From: an uncultured Methanobrevibacter sp.
Lineage (GTDB): Archaea > Methanobacteriota > Methanobacteria > Methanobacteriales > Methanobacteriaceae
DNA length: 32,000 nt
Direction of reading: 5' to 3'
Assembly: GCF_947166415.1 (NCBI RefSeq)
Contig: NZ_CAMVEE010000002.1
Location: forward strand, 28,279 to 60,278
The position numbers and the translations under genes are program-made. The notes under the pieces were generated by a model that saw only the letters and a list, made by a program, of their open reading frames with translations, was not told where the DNA came from and searched no databases. The stretch's first letter is position 1. Each line of letters starts with the position of its first letter. This document shows, piece after piece, positions 8,338 through 18,802 of this stretch.

Positions 8338-9837
8338 CTATACAGCTTCTCTCCATTGACAGTATTCATGTTTATTGTCCACAAGTGAAGCAGCAGCACA
8401 GTTTTTACAACCTCTTACAGGAGATCCTGGTGCTTCCTTATTAAGTGCAATAATATTTGTCATCATTGTTGCTGTAATTGGTTCTGAAGTTAATAGACAT
8501 GGGTAGTCTGCTAATCTCATAAGTGATGAGAATCTTACTGTAATTGCGCATGCAGGATAAGTGTATCTTTGTGGATTCATTACTGTTTCGTTTTCTAAAA
8601 TTGGACTTAAGTCAACTGCAAATCCACTGATTTTTGGCACTAATTCTCCACCAGTGCCTGCTCTGAATTTACGAGCTCCGCTGATTGCATTAAATCCTCT
8701 GTAAATCATATCCATGAAGTCACAGTTGTGTAATTCAGCAGCTGCACCTCTAGTAGGATATTGTTGCACAAAGTTGTGGAATCTTTTAGAGAATAAATCT
8801 ACAACCATCGGTGCATTGAATCCGTCAAGTTCTAAAATAAATTCAGTAGCACATGCAGATGAACCAGTAGCTAATTTGAGCACATCAAATTCAGATTTAT
8901 AATTGTCTAAATTGGATTTTAAAGTTGAACCAATTACTTCAGCGGTCGCTTGTACAATAGCTAAAGTCACATCATCCTTACACATGTTGTAGGTGGATTG
9001 ACCAATGTGGTGTCCGATATCACCAACACAGTATGCAGGAACTGTTACAATGTTACCGTAATGCACTCCATCATCCATTGCAGCTTTTACAACAGATGTC
9101 ATTGCCTTTTTATATTTGTTCATATAGTCTCTTACATCAAATGAGGAATGATTAGCATCATCCATCAATGTACCTTGTCCTTCAATAGGAGTCTTGTAAA
9201 TCATTTGCAAAGCTGCGATTTCCTTTTCAGTTGCTTCAGCAGCAGTTGCACCAGCTTCAATAGCGTTAGCAAATGCATCTCCAACACCATATGAAGTGTT
9301 CATACCCCATGATTTTGCAGATAAAATAGCTTGTTTGTGAGCTACTGGAATGTCAGTTTTTTGTAAGATTTGATTTACCACATTACTGGTACTTCCAGGC
9401 ATTAATGCAAAGTCAACAACACAGGTAGGACCATAAAATCCACCATATCGCCTAATGGATTCTTTAGCGATTAATGCTTCATTATCTGCAATTGCTTCAA
9501 TGAATTTATCTAAACTGTCTGCAAATTCACCATCTTCTTCACATAAGATTTCTAAAACAGGAGGAGTTTGGAAGTGTTCAATGAATGGGTCATCTTCACA
9601 TTTTAAAGTGTCTGTAATGGAAGATAGAATTTCATAGTGGTTTTTTACAGATTCTTTGTGTAGATTAATTACTGATTCTGCTTGGCCATCTGCAGCTTTC
9701 ATGCCGGCTACTGCATCAGCATAAGGCTTAGCGTCAGTAATTTTAAAGTCATTATACCTATTTTCTGATATAACTGCAACGTCAGCTTTTTGAGCCGCCA
9801 TTGCCTCGTTAATCATTTTTTCATATAACTCTCTCAT
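8338..9837 (-). CDS. Conserved soluble protein of unknown function, 499 aa (possibly the archaeal DUF2193 type, name unverified)
   Basis: The track start at 9846 is a GTG inside the SD box AGGTGAT, so the real start is probably ATG 9837 (MRELYEK...), 5 nt after GGTGA. Well-conserved-looking blocks include GFYGPTCVVDFALMPGSTSN, VPAYCVGDIGHHIGQSTYNMCKDD, TGSSACATEF and the C-terminal GCKNCAAASLVDNKHEYCQW. There is no TM segment and no signal peptide. Confidence 0.6.
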   Translation of the reverse strand: MRELYEKMINEAMAAQKADVAVISENRYNDFKITDAKPYADAVAGMKAADGQAESVINLHKESVKNHYEILSSITDTLKCEDDPFIEHFQTPPVLEILCEEDGEFADSLDKFIEAIADNEALIAKESIRRYGGFYGPTCVVDFALMPGSTSNVVNQILQKTDIPVAHKQAILSAKSWGMNTSYGVGDAFANAIEAGATAAEATEKEIAALQMIYKTPIEGQGTLMDDANHSSFDVRDYMNKYKKAMTSVVKAAMDDGVHYGNIVTVPAYCVGDIGHHIGQSTYNMCKDDVTLAIVQATAEVIGSTLKSNLDNYKSEFDVLKLATGSSACATEFILELDGFNAPMVVDLFSKRFHNFVQQYPTRGAAAELHNCDFMDMIYRGFNAISGARKFRAGTGGELVPKISGFAVDLSPILENETVMNPQRYTYPACAITVRFSSLMRLADYPCLLTSEPITATMMTNIIALNKEAPGSPVRGCKNCAAASLVDNKHEYCQWREAV

Positions 9838-10065
9838 TTTAATCACCTAGGCAACAAAGGGCAAATTAATAAATATCCGCCCTCAGCTAATAATAAATTC
9901 TTCACCATATTATTTATATTTACTTAAAAAATTCCTTTAATTGGAAAAAATAAATGATAATGTTTAATTATATAAAAAATTAGTGAATGAAATAGTAAAA
10001 TAAAAAATCAATAATAAAAGACTGGAATCATAAAAAAAATAAAAATTAAATAGTGTAGAAGAAAT

Positions 10066-12954
10066 TTACTTTCCAATATCTTCTACCAACTCTTTTGCAT
10101 AAGGAGTTATATTCTCATTGAGCATGCGCTCCAAGAACTGGCCTGTATAAGTTCCTGCTTCAGCAATCTCTTCAGGTGTTCCTGTAGCTATCACTTCACC
10201 TCCTCCATCACCGCCTTCAGGACCAAGGTCAATGATATGGTCTGCGGTTTTGATAACATCCAGGTTATGCTCAATAACAACAACGGAATTTCCTGCATCA
10301 GTCAATCTGGCTAAAACTTCTAAAAGCCTTTTGATGTCTGCAAAATGAAGACCAGTTGTTGGTTCATCCAAAATGTATAATGTTTTGCCTGTGCTTGTTC
10401 TTGAAAGTTCTTTTGCAAGCTTGATTCTTTGAGCTTCCCCACCGGAAAGTGTTGTTGCAGGTTGACCTATTTTCATATAGCCCAATCCGACATCATACAA
10501 AGTCTGAAGTTTTTTAGTGATTTTAGGAATGTTTTCAAAGAATTCCAAAGCTTCCTCAACGGTCATTTCGAGGACTTCATAGATATTTTTACCTTTATAT
10601 CTTATATCCAAAGTCTCTTCATTGTATCTTTTACCGCCACAGACTTCACATGGAACATAAACATCCGCTAAAAAGTGCATCTCGATTTGGACAATTCCAT
10701 CACCTGTACATGCTTCACATCTTCCTCCTTTTACATTGAAAGAGAATCTTCCAGGTTTATATCCTCTTGCTTTAGATTCAGGAGTGTTTGCAAAAAGATC
10801 ACGGATATCAGTAAATACTCCTGTGTAAGTTGCAGGATTAGATCTAGGAGTTCTTCCAATAGGCTTTTGGTCGATTGCAATTACCTTGTCAATGTTTTGC
10901 AATCCTTCAATTTCCTTGTATTTGCCCGCAAATGTGAATTTATGAGCCAATTTTCCTTTAGCGCCCTTGTATAATATTTCATTAATCAGACTGCTTTTAC
11001 CTGAACCGCTTACACCGGTAACGCAAGTGAACTTGCCTAACGGAATTTCAACATCGATATCCTTCAGGTTATTCTGTTCAGCACCGATAATTTTAATAAA
11101 TTTGCCGTTGCCTTCACGCCTTTTTTCAGGAATGTCAATCTTTTTGACTCTTGAAATATACTGGCCTGTTATTGAATCAGGATTATTCATTATGTCAAGA
11201 GGAGTTCCCTGAGCAACGATTTTACCACCATGCTCACCGGCTCCAGGACCAATATCAACTACATGGTCCGCTGACAGGATGGTTTCCTCATCGTGTTCAA
11301 CGACAACTAAAGTATTTCCCAAATCCTTAAGCCTTTTTAATGCTTCAATCAGCTTTATATTGTCTCTTTGATGGAGTCCTATACTAGGTTCGTCAAGAAT
11401 GTACAATACTCCAACCAAACCGGAACCTATTTGTGTTGCCAAACGGATTCTCTGCGCTTCTCCACCGGATAATGTACCTGAAGACCTTGACATTGACAAA
11501 TAATCAAGTCCAACTTCAACTAAAAAGCTTAAACGCTCCTTAATTTCCTTTAAAACTTCTTTTGCAATGAAATTTTCCCTTTCCGTAAGTTCCAAATCCT
11601 GGAAGAACTGATAAGAATCCTTAATAGGTAAGTCACAAACGTCAATAATTGATTTTCCACCGACGGTAACTGCCAAAACTTCAGGCCTTAGACGCTTTCC
11701 ACCACAAACATGGCATTTTCTGTCGCTCATGAACTTTGAAAGGTATTTTCTGGAATAGTTAGACTTAGTTTCAATGTATAATCTTTCCATTCTTGGAATG
11801 ACACCTTCAAATTTACGGTTGACCATATAAGACTTGTTTCTTCTTTTGAATGTGAAAGCTATCTTATCTTTGCAGCCGTACAGTATGGTGTTTTGATATT
11901 CACCATCCAATTCCTCAAACGGCACATCCATGCTGAAATTGAAGTGCTTGGATACTGCTTCAAGCATTTGATAATAATAATTCTCTCTTTTAGATGATTT
12001 GGACCATGGCGCAATAGCTCCTTCATTTAAAGTCAAAGTTTTATCCGGAACAATCAAATCAGGATCAATTTCCATTTTTGAACCTATACCATTACATTCA
12101 GGACATGCACCTTGAGGAGCGTTGAATGAAAACATCCTTGGGGTCAATTCCTCGAAATTGATGCCACAGTCAACACATGCAAAGTGTTCGGAATATTTCT
12201 TTTCATATTCCTCTTCGCCGTTGTCAAATAATACTGTAATCAAACCGTCTGCAAATTCAGCGGCTGTTTCCAGGGAGTCAACAAGCCTTCTTTTGAAGTC
12301 GACATCCTTTCTGATTTTCAATCTGTCAACAACAACATCAATACTGTGCCTGTAAGTCTTTGGAAGGTCTATGTCCTCTTCCAAATCCCTTATTTCATCA
12401 TCAACCCTGACTCTCACAAACCCTTTGTTTCTCAAATCCTCCAAAACATCCTTGTGCTGGCCTTTCTTATCCCTTACAACTGGAGACAATATTTGGATTT
12501 TAACTCCTTCGCCCTCTTCAATGATGCTTTCTCCAATCTGACCAATGGTTTGTTGAGAGATTTCCTTTCCACAATTCGGACAGTGAGGAATTCCTATTCT
12601 TGCATACAATAATCTTAAGTAATCATAAATTTCAGTAATTGTACCTACAGTGGACCTTGGGTTTTCCCTTGTGGTTTTCTGGTCAATTGAAATTGCTGGA
12701 GACAATCCTTCAATTGATTCCATTTCCGGTTTTTTCATTTGCCCTAAAAATTGCCTTGCATAAGCCGACAATGACTCCACATATCTTCGCTGTCCTTCAG
12801 CGTAGATTGTATCAAAAGCCAGTGATGACTTACCAGACCCACTAAGCCCTGTAATTACAATGAATTCATCGCGGGGAACACTTACATCAATATCCTGCAG
12901 ATTGTGCTCACGTGCACCCTTGATGACAATTTGTTTTTTAGATTCATCAGCCAT
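10066..12954 (-). CDS. uvrA: Excinuclease ABC subunit A
   Basis: 962 aa with two ABC ATPase modules ([10 protein letters not shown] and [10 protein letters not shown]), signatures [12 protein letters not shown] and [12 protein letters not shown], and zinc-finger Cys pairs ([36 protein letters not shown]). There is an oligo-T run downstream. Confidence 0.97.
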   Translation of the reverse strand: MADESKKQIVIKGAREHNLQDIDVSVPRDEFIVITGLSGSGKSSLAFDTIYAEGQRRYVESLSAYARQFLGQMKKPEMESIEGLSPAISIDQKTTRENPRSTVGTITEIYDYLRLLYARIGIPHCPNCGKEISQQTIGQIGESIIEEGEGVKIQILSPVVRDKKGQHKDVLEDLRNKGFVRVRVDDEIRDLEEDIDLPKTYRHSIDVVVDRLKIRKDVDFKRRLVDSLETAAEFADGLITVLFDNGEEEYEKKYSEHFACVDCGINFEELTPRMFSFNAPQGACPECNGIGSKMEIDPDLIVPDKTLTLNEGAIAPWSKSSKRENYYYQMLEAVSKHFNFSMDVPFEELDGEYQNTILYGCKDKIAFTFKRRNKSYMVNRKFEGVIPRMERLYIETKSNYSRKYLSKFMSDRKCHVCGGKRLRPEVLAVTVGGKSIIDVCDLPIKDSYQFFQDLELTERENFIAKEVLKEIKERLSFLVEVGLDYLSMSRSSGTLSGGEAQRIRLATQIGSGLVGVLYILDEPSIGLHQRDNIKLIEALKRLKDLGNTLVVVEHDEETILSADHVVDIGPGAGEHGGKIVAQGTPLDIMNNPDSITGQYISRVKKIDIPEKRREGNGKFIKIIGAEQNNLKDIDVEIPLGKFTCVTGVSGSGKSSLINEILYKGAKGKLAHKFTFAGKYKEIEGLQNIDKVIAIDQKPIGRTPRSNPATYTGVFTDIRDLFANTPESKARGYKPGRFSFNVKGGRCEACTGDGIVQIEMHFLADVYVPCEVCGGKRYNEETLDIRYKGKNIYEVLEMTVEEALEFFENIPKITKKLQTLYDVGLGYMKIGQPATTLSGGEAQRIKLAKELSRTSTGKTLYILDEPTTGLHFADIKRLLEVLARLTDAGNSVVVIEHNLDVIKTADHIIDLGPEGGDGGGEVIATGTPEEIAEAGTYTGQFLERMLNENITPYAKELVEDIGK

Positions 12955-13058
12955 AATTATCGCCTAAAAAAATTAGTTATATTAATATAGAACAAACTCC
13001 TTTATAAAATATTTCAGAGAGCACATGAAAACTAAAAATGTCATGTGAAATCCGGAAA

Positions 13059-15023
13059 TTATTTGTCCATTCCTTTTAATGCATAAAGCTTGTTTCTCAA
13101 ATCTGCTGCCCTTTCAAAGTCAAGTCTTGAAGCCGCATCCTTCATGTCCTTTTCCAAATCACGAATCAGCAGGCGAAGTTCATCCTTAGGCATTTTTTCA
13201 ATGTCTGCACCGCGGACCTTGTATTTTTTATCTTCTTCAGCAAGCTTTTCTTTTAAAGTCCTTTGGGTTGATTTTGGAGTTATTCCATGGACTTCATTGT
13301 ATTTCATTTGCAGTTTGCGCCTTTTAAGTGTAGTGTCATAAGCCTTTTGAACGGAATCTGTCATCTCATCCACATACATGATTACGCGTCCGTTGACGTT
13401 TCTTGCAGCCCTTCCAATTGTCTGAATCAGTGAGGTTTCATTCCTTAGGAATCCCTCTTTATCAGCATCCAAAATAGCTACAAGAGACACTTCAGGCAAA
13501 TCCAACCCTTCCCTCAACAGGTTAACTCCAACCAAAACATCGAATTTTCCACGTCTTAAATCATCTACAATATCTATCCTTTCCAATGTATCGATTTCAG
13601 AGTGCATATACCTTACTTTAACTCCGATTCTTGCATAATAATCAGTTAAATCCTCTGCCATCCTCTTAGTCAATGTAGTGACCAATACCCTTTCATCCTT
13701 TTCGGCGGTCAATTTGACTTCCTTAAGCAGGTCTTCAACCTGACCTGTCACAGGCCTTATCAGCACTTCCGGATCCACCAGTCCTGTCGGCCTGATAATC
13801 TGTTCGACGACATTCCTTGATTTTGCAAGCTCATATGGGCCAGGTGTTGCAGATACGTAAATGACCTGATTTACAGATGATTCGAATTCGTCGAACCTTA
13901 ATGGTCTGTTTTCTTTTGCTGAAGGCAACCTGAATCCATGCTCGACCAAGGTCTCCTTACGTGCACGGTCCCCATTATACATTCCTCTGATTTGAGGAAC
14001 TGTTACATGGGACTCGTCGATTATTGTTAAAAAGTCATCCGGAAAGTACTTTAACAATGAGTATGGCTTTTCACCCCAGGTACGGCCGGACAGGTGCATT
14101 GAATAGTTTTCTACGCCAGGACAGTATCCCATTTCCTGAAGCATTTCTATATCGAATCTGGTCCTTTGCTCCAGCCTTTGGGCTTCCAATAGCTTACCCA
14201 TCGCATTCAGTTCATTCAATCTTTCTTCAAGCTCTTCGGATATCTTTGAAATTGCAGTATCCATCTTGTCCTGACCTACTACAAAGTGCTTTGCAGGGAA
14301 AATCATATACCTTTGAAGGGATTCCTTTTTCCTGCCTGTCACATTATCAATCAGGCTGATTGCATCAATCTCATCACCAAAGAGTTCAATCCTGATAGGT
14401 GGTGTTCCATGAACCGGATTGATTTCAATGACATCTCCCCTGACCCTGAATTGTCCTCTGTCAAATTCAATGTCATTGCGTTCATATTGCATAAAAATAA
14501 GTCGGGATACGATTTCAGACCTGTCATAAATATCCCCAACAGATATTCCAAAAGCAAATTCACCATAATCCTCAGGCGAACCGATACCGTAAATGCAGCT
14601 TACGCTGCTTACTACAATTACATCATCCCTTGACAGGAGAGACTGTGTAGCGGAGTGCCTCATTATATCTATGTCATCGTTTATTGAAGCCTCCTTATCA
14701 ATGAATGTGTCTGTTCTTGGCACATAAGCTTCCGGCTGATAGTAGTCATAATAGCTGACAAAATATTCTACCGCATTGTCCGGGAAGAATTCCTTAAACT
14801 CTTCATATAGCTGTGCTGCTAATGTCTTGTTATGTGAAATAACCAGAGTGGGCTTTTGAACATTTTCAATGACATTTGCCATTGTAAACGTTTTTCCAGA
14901 ACCTGTCACTCCTAAAAGAGTCTGATTCTTTAAGCCGTCATTGATTCCATCAGATAGAGATTTGATTGCTTTTGGCTGATCGCCTAGTGGTTTATATGGA
15001 GATTTTAATTTGAATTCCTTCAT
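13059..15023 (-). CDS. uvrB: Excinuclease ABC subunit B
   Basis: 654 aa. Contains [12 protein letters not shown], the [13 protein letters not shown] beta-hairpin region, DESHVT, helicase motif [11 protein letters not shown] and the C-terminal UVR domain ([14 protein letters not shown]). Confidence 0.97.
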   Translation of the reverse strand: MKEFKLKSPYKPLGDQPKAIKSLSDGINDGLKNQTLLGVTGSGKTFTMANVIENVQKPTLVISHNKTLAAQLYEEFKEFFPDNAVEYFVSYYDYYQPEAYVPRTDTFIDKEASINDDIDIMRHSATQSLLSRDDVIVVSSVSCIYGIGSPEDYGEFAFGISVGDIYDRSEIVSRLIFMQYERNDIEFDRGQFRVRGDVIEINPVHGTPPIRIELFGDEIDAISLIDNVTGRKKESLQRYMIFPAKHFVVGQDKMDTAISKISEELEERLNELNAMGKLLEAQRLEQRTRFDIEMLQEMGYCPGVENYSMHLSGRTWGEKPYSLLKYFPDDFLTIIDESHVTVPQIRGMYNGDRARKETLVEHGFRLPSAKENRPLRFDEFESSVNQVIYVSATPGPYELAKSRNVVEQIIRPTGLVDPEVLIRPVTGQVEDLLKEVKLTAEKDERVLVTTLTKRMAEDLTDYYARIGVKVRYMHSEIDTLERIDIVDDLRRGKFDVLVGVNLLREGLDLPEVSLVAILDADKEGFLRNETSLIQTIGRAARNVNGRVIMYVDEMTDSVQKAYDTTLKRRKLQMKYNEVHGITPKSTQRTLKEKLAEEDKKYKVRGADIEKMPKDELRLLIRDLEKDMKDAASRLDFERAADLRNKLYALKGMDK

Positions 15024-15028
15024 ACTAT

Positions 15029-15319
15029 CTACTTGTCAATAGAAACATTAAAGCTGATGTGAATGTAGCTTGGCGCACAGCAAGGCACTACCCTGTCATC
15101 CCTTAGGGTCAACTTTCCATAACTCTTCAATTCCTTTTCCAGATCCTTTATTATATTTGGAACAACAGCAGTATTATACACCTTAAGTGAACCTAAAAAT
15201 ACAGTTTTTGCAGCCATATTCATGACAGAAACACTGTCTAAAATTTCATTTTCCCCATGCTTTGCTAAAATAGCATTGGATTTATCAACAAGTTCCTTTT
15301 TGATTGTTTCCTTATCCAT
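15029..15319 (-). CDS. Hypothetical 96-aa protein wedged between prs and uvrB
   Basis: Its ATG is 1 nt after the prs TAA stop (TAAAATG). A GAGGGA SD box lies 5 nt upstream (its GAGG core is 7 nt from the ATG), inside the prs 3' end. Its stop is 5 nt before the uvrB ATG. I recognise no family. Confidence 0.55.
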   Translation of the reverse strand: MDKETIKKELVDKSNAILAKHGENEILDSVSVMNMAAKTVFLGSLKVYNTAVVPNIIKDLEKELKSYGKLTLRDDRVVPCCAPSYIHISFNVSIDK

Positions 15320-15320
15320 T

Positions 15321-16235
15321 TTATTCCCTCAATGCATCTGCAATACTTTTTGCAAGAGATACACGTGAAGTGTCTGAAGAAAGACTGTTGGTACCGATTA
15401 TTTTTCCGGCTCCGGCAGCATAAATTCTAGTGGCGCCGTTATTGGTTAGAATCGGATGCACACAGCAAACGTCCACTGCGGAAGCTCCATATTGTTTTAA
15501 AATATTGATTGCATTAACAATGGTTCCTCCAGTAGCTATGATATCATCAATGATAATGGCATGCATGCCTTTTACTGAATCTATGTTAACAGTGTTTTCG
15601 CTTTCACTGTCACATCTTACGTCCACAATCCTTGTTTCCACTTTATCTGGACCTAAACGTACTTTAGTCAAATAGGTGCAGTCACATCCTATGATTTCGG
15701 AAATCTCCTGTGCAAATCCATATGCTCCTTTATCCGGAGCAATAATCAATGGTTTTTCGTTTGATTTTTTGAAAATCTTCTTGTTGAGATATTCAGCTAT
15801 TGCAGGCATCGCTGAAAGGTTTCTTGCAGGAATATCAAAGAAGTTCAATACGCATTCCTCATGGATATTGAATGTTATGAATTCATCAGCACCTGCAGCT
15901 TCTATCAAGTTACAAATGATTTTGGCAGAGACTGATTCCCCATCCTTGAAACGTTTCTCCTGTCTGGCGTAACCTAGATATGGAACTACAACTTTAACCT
16001 TCTTGGCTCCCAAGTCCTTGAGAGTAGACACGATAAACATCAGTTCCATCAAGTTTTCATCCTGAGGATAGCCTGTTGACTGAATAACGGTTACTTCATC
16101 CTCGATTTGACCATCGATTCTCAAATATCTTTCTCCATCTGGAAACTTCTTAGTTTCAACATAACATATCTCTTCACCTAGTTCTTTAGCAACATGTGAA
16201 GCTAAATCCTGTGAAGCTGAACCACCAATAATCAT
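15321..16235 (-). CDS. prs: Ribose-phosphate pyrophosphokinase (PRPP synthetase)
   Basis: 304 aa. Contains FPDGE, YLGYARQEKRF and the PRPP-binding loop AIIIDDIIATGGTI. A GGTGAT SD lies 3 nt before the ATG. Confidence 0.93.
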   Translation of the reverse strand: MIIGGSASQDLASHVAKELGEEICYVETKKFPDGERYLRIDGQIEDEVTVIQSTGYPQDENLMELMFIVSTLKDLGAKKVKVVVPYLGYARQEKRFKDGESVSAKIICNLIEAAGADEFITFNIHEECVLNFFDIPARNLSAMPAIAEYLNKKIFKKSNEKPLIIAPDKGAYGFAQEISEIIGCDCTYLTKVRLGPDKVETRIVDVRCDSESENTVNIDSVKGMHAIIIDDIIATGGTIVNAINILKQYGASAVDVCCVHPILTNNGATRIYAAGAGKIIGTNSLSSDTSRVSLAKSIADALRE

Positions 16236-16329
16236 GATATCACCAAAATAATTTATATGTAATTATATGTGTTTTTAATAGAATAAAAAAGTTAAGTATT
16301 AATATTAGAAAATGCACTAATAGATAATT

Positions 16330-16842
16330 ATGAAAAAATTAACCGCAATTGTAATAGCAATCCTACTGCTGTTTGGTGTTTTTTTAGCATCAACAATAGT
16401 CAGCCCAGTATTAATTGTTGCTGAAGATGCAGAAGAAGATGCAAGTATAGATATGGCTGCTCGCTTTGGATTAACTGGATTTGAATGGGTTTATCCTGGA
16501 AGTTCCGTTAATGCCGCAGGTCAAACCTTACACAATGTCCATATAGACCATCCTGAAAATCCTTATGGAGCCGCCCGTGAAATAATGGAATATTCATATC
16601 ACGTATCTCCTCATGTAATCGTTAGTGTGAACAATGATGCTGCCCAAGCCATATTCGGCATGTCTATCGTGGATGATATCCGTGCAAACGATGCGTACAA
16701 TGGTTATGCCGGTAACGAAAACGTTCCTGGAACTATGGACAGAGGAGATGCTATGGAAACTGCAATGACAAATAACGGAATGAACGTGCTTCAAGTTCCT
16801 TTACAGATTTTACTTGGAAACATCACATTCCACTTTGCATGA
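16330..16842 (+). CDS. Hypothetical secreted or membrane-anchored protein, 170 aa
   Basis: The N-terminal signal/anchor is MKKLTAIVIAILLLFGVFLAS, followed by an acidic stretch and a His-rich patch (HNVHIDHPENPYG). Codon usage is coherent. I recognise no family. Confidence 0.55.
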   Translation: MKKLTAIVIAILLLFGVFLASTIVSPVLIVAEDAEEDASIDMAARFGLTGFEWVYPGSSVNAAGQTLHNVHIDHPENPYGAAREIMEYSYHVSPHVIVSVNNDAAQAIFGMSIVDDIRANDAYNGYAGNENVPGTMDRGDAMETAMTNNGMNVLQVPLQILLGNITFHFA

Positions 16843-16862
16843 TTTCCTTTTTTTCTTTTTTT
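16843..16862 (+). terminator. Oligo-T terminator after the 170-aa gene
   Basis: T7-C-T7 (16848-16862) follows directly after the TGA stop. Archaeal RNA polymerase terminates at such T tracts. Confidence 0.5.
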
Positions 16863-17229
16863 AATGAGTATAAATATAAAATGACAGGGAAATTCCTATC
16901 AATGAAATAATCAACTGTATTATTCCGTGCTTTTTAATTTTGCCGACTGGAGACTGTATCAAGTAAAACGGCAGGAAAAACCCGAAGAAAGTAAAAGCAC
17001 TAATGGCCGCATACTTAAAAAACAGATTTAACATTATTCCTCCCCATGATAAAAAAATAGTAATTATATAAGTGATTAGAATTGCTGTCTTATTGATTTT
17101 GATGTCCTCTTGCCTGTAAACAAAAACCTGCTTAGGCTTTAATCCTTCAACTAGAGGTGTGCCGCATTTGGCGCAATAATCGTAATCATCTTGATTTTGA
17201 AATCCACAGTTTTTACAAATTCTAGTCAT
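16861..17229 (-). CDS. Zinc-ribbon domain membrane protein, 122 aa
   Basis: An N-terminal CKNCG-x12-CAKCG ribbon is followed by three hydrophobic helices. Confidence 0.65.
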   Translation of the reverse strand: MTRICKNCGFQNQDDYDYCAKCGTPLVEGLKPKQVFVYRQEDIKINKTAILITYIITIFLSWGGIMLNLFFKYAAISAFTFFGFFLPFYLIQSPVGKIKKHGIIQLIISLIGISLSFYIYTH

Positions 17230-17258
17230 TAGTTAAAGTTAATATTTTTTAATATAAA

Positions 17259-17768
17259 TTATTTTTCTAAAACCATTGCAATTTCTTTAAACTGTTCGCC
17301 GAGATAGTTCGTATTCTCCAAGTCTGTGTAATATCTGAAACCCAATTTTTCCAGAACCCTCTTTGACTGTGAATTCTCAATCCTATAAGTTGCATAAATC
17401 TGCTTTATATCCAACTCATCGAAGGCATGGCGGATTATTTCCCGGGATGCCTCAACGACCAATCCACGACCCCAGTACTCTTCGCCAATCCAATAGCCAA
17501 GCTCGGCTGATCCGTCTCCCCAATAATGATTTCCATCAGGATGAATCAAAAGCCCTACACATCCAATAGTTCTTTCATCTAAAGTGATTGCATAAGTTTC
17601 CTTTTTAGCAAAAACAGTTTTTATAATAGTCAGACTATCCTCAACACTTTCATGAGGTGGCCAACCTGCAATGGGACCTATCTTTGGGTTTTTGGCAAAA
17701 TGATACAGTGATTCCGCATCGCCTTCCTCCCAGGGCCTCAAAATTAAATTTTCAGTTTTAAAAATCAT
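17259..17768 (-). CDS. GNAT family N-acetyltransferase (RimJ/RimL-like)
   Basis: 169 aa. Contains LRPWEEGDAESLY, the acetyl-CoA motif A region YWGRGLVVEASREIIRHAF, and NSQSKRVLEKLGF. Confidence 0.85.
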   Translation of the reverse strand: MIFKTENLILRPWEEGDAESLYHFAKNPKIGPIAGWPPHESVEDSLTIIKTVFAKKETYAITLDERTIGCVGLLIHPDGNHYWGDGSAELGYWIGEEYWGRGLVVEASREIIRHAFDELDIKQIYATYRIENSQSKRVLEKLGFRYYTDLENTNYLGEQFKEIAMVLEK

Positions 17769-17801
17769 AAAAAAAATAAGTTAAAAGGGAACTATCCCTT
17801 T
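17769..17801 (-). terminator. Hairpin plus T8 element between the GGGtGRT gene and the GNAT gene
   Basis: A perfect 7-bp stem AAAGGGA/TCCCTTT (17784-17790 and 17795-17801, 4-nt loop) overlaps the stop codon of the upstream gene. On the minus strand it is followed by a T8 run that abuts the GNAT ATG. Confidence 0.4.
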
Positions 17802-18798
17802 ATTTCATTGCTTTTTCTACTGCAACAGCTACTGCTACGCTTGCACCAACCATTGGGTTGTTTCCCATACCGATAAGACCCATCATTTCTACGTGAGCCG
17901 GTACGGAAGATGAACCTGCAAATTGAGCGTCAGAGTGCATTCTTCCAAGAGTATCTGTCATACCGTAAGAAGCAGGACCCGCCGCCATGTTATCAGGGTG
18001 CAAGGTTCTTCCGGTTCCTCCACCGGATGCAACTGAGAAGTATTTTTTACCTTGTGCTATGCATTCTTTTTTATATGTTCCAGCTACAGGATGCTGGAAA
18101 CGTGTTGGATTGGTTGAGTTACCTGTAATTGATACGTCAACACCTTCCAAATGCATGATAGCAACGCCTTCCCTTACATCGTCAGCACCATAGCATCTTA
18201 CTTTTGCCCTTTCACCGTCTGAATATGCCTTTTCGCGAACCACTTTTACTTCACCGGTAAAGTAATCGAATTCAGTCTGGACATAAGTGAAACCGTTTAT
18301 TCTAGAAATTATTAATGCAGCATCTTTTCCAAGACCGTTTAAGATGACTCTTAAAGGCTTTTCCCTTACTTCATTAGCGGAATTTGCTATTCCTATTGCT
18401 CCTTCTGCAGCTGCAAAACTTTCGTGACCTGCAAGGAATGCGAAACATTCACTTTCATCGCTTAAAAGCATTGAAGCAAGGTTTCCATGACCTAAACCTA
18501 CTTTTCTATCATCAGCTACACTTCCAGGAATGCAAAATGCCTGAAGTCCTTCACCGATTGCTTTAGCGGCGTCTGATGCTTTCACACATCCTTGTTTTAT
18601 TGCAATTGCGGCACCGAGAGTGTATGCCCAGCATGCGTTTTCAAAACAAATTGGCTGAACGCCCTTTACGATTTCATAAGGGTCAAATCCTTTGTCAAGA
18701 CAAATCTGTTTTGCCTCTTCAAGGTCTTTGATATCATACTTTTCTAAAACAGGAATGATTTGATCGATTCTTCTTTCATAACTTTCAAATAAACTCAT
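17800..18798 (-). CDS. GGGtGRT protein (conserved uncharacterised family)
   Basis: 332 aa containing the eponymous motif SVASGGGTGRTLHPDNMAAGPASYGMTDT. The ATG follows an AGGAGTGAT box that contains the upstream gene's TGA. Confidence 0.85.
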   Translation of the reverse strand: MSLFESYERRIDQIIPVLEKYDIKDLEEAKQICLDKGFDPYEIVKGVQPICFENACWAYTLGAAIAIKQGCVKASDAAKAIGEGLQAFCIPGSVADDRKVGLGHGNLASMLLSDESECFAFLAGHESFAAAEGAIGIANSANEVREKPLRVILNGLGKDAALIISRINGFTYVQTEFDYFTGEVKVVREKAYSDGERAKVRCYGADDVREGVAIMHLEGVDVSITGNSTNPTRFQHPVAGTYKKECIAQGKKYFSVASGGGTGRTLHPDNMAAGPASYGMTDTLGRMHSDAQFAGSSSVPAHVEMMGLIGMGNNPMVGASVAVAVAVEKAMK

Positions 18799-18802
18799 AA
18801 TA

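Noticed and set aside
9862-9892. Small hairpin AGGGC-n16-GCCCT in the 5' UTR of the 499-aa gene as a possible riboswitch or regulatory stem
   Set aside because: It has only 5 bp with a large A/T loop, which is too weak to call without comparative evidence.
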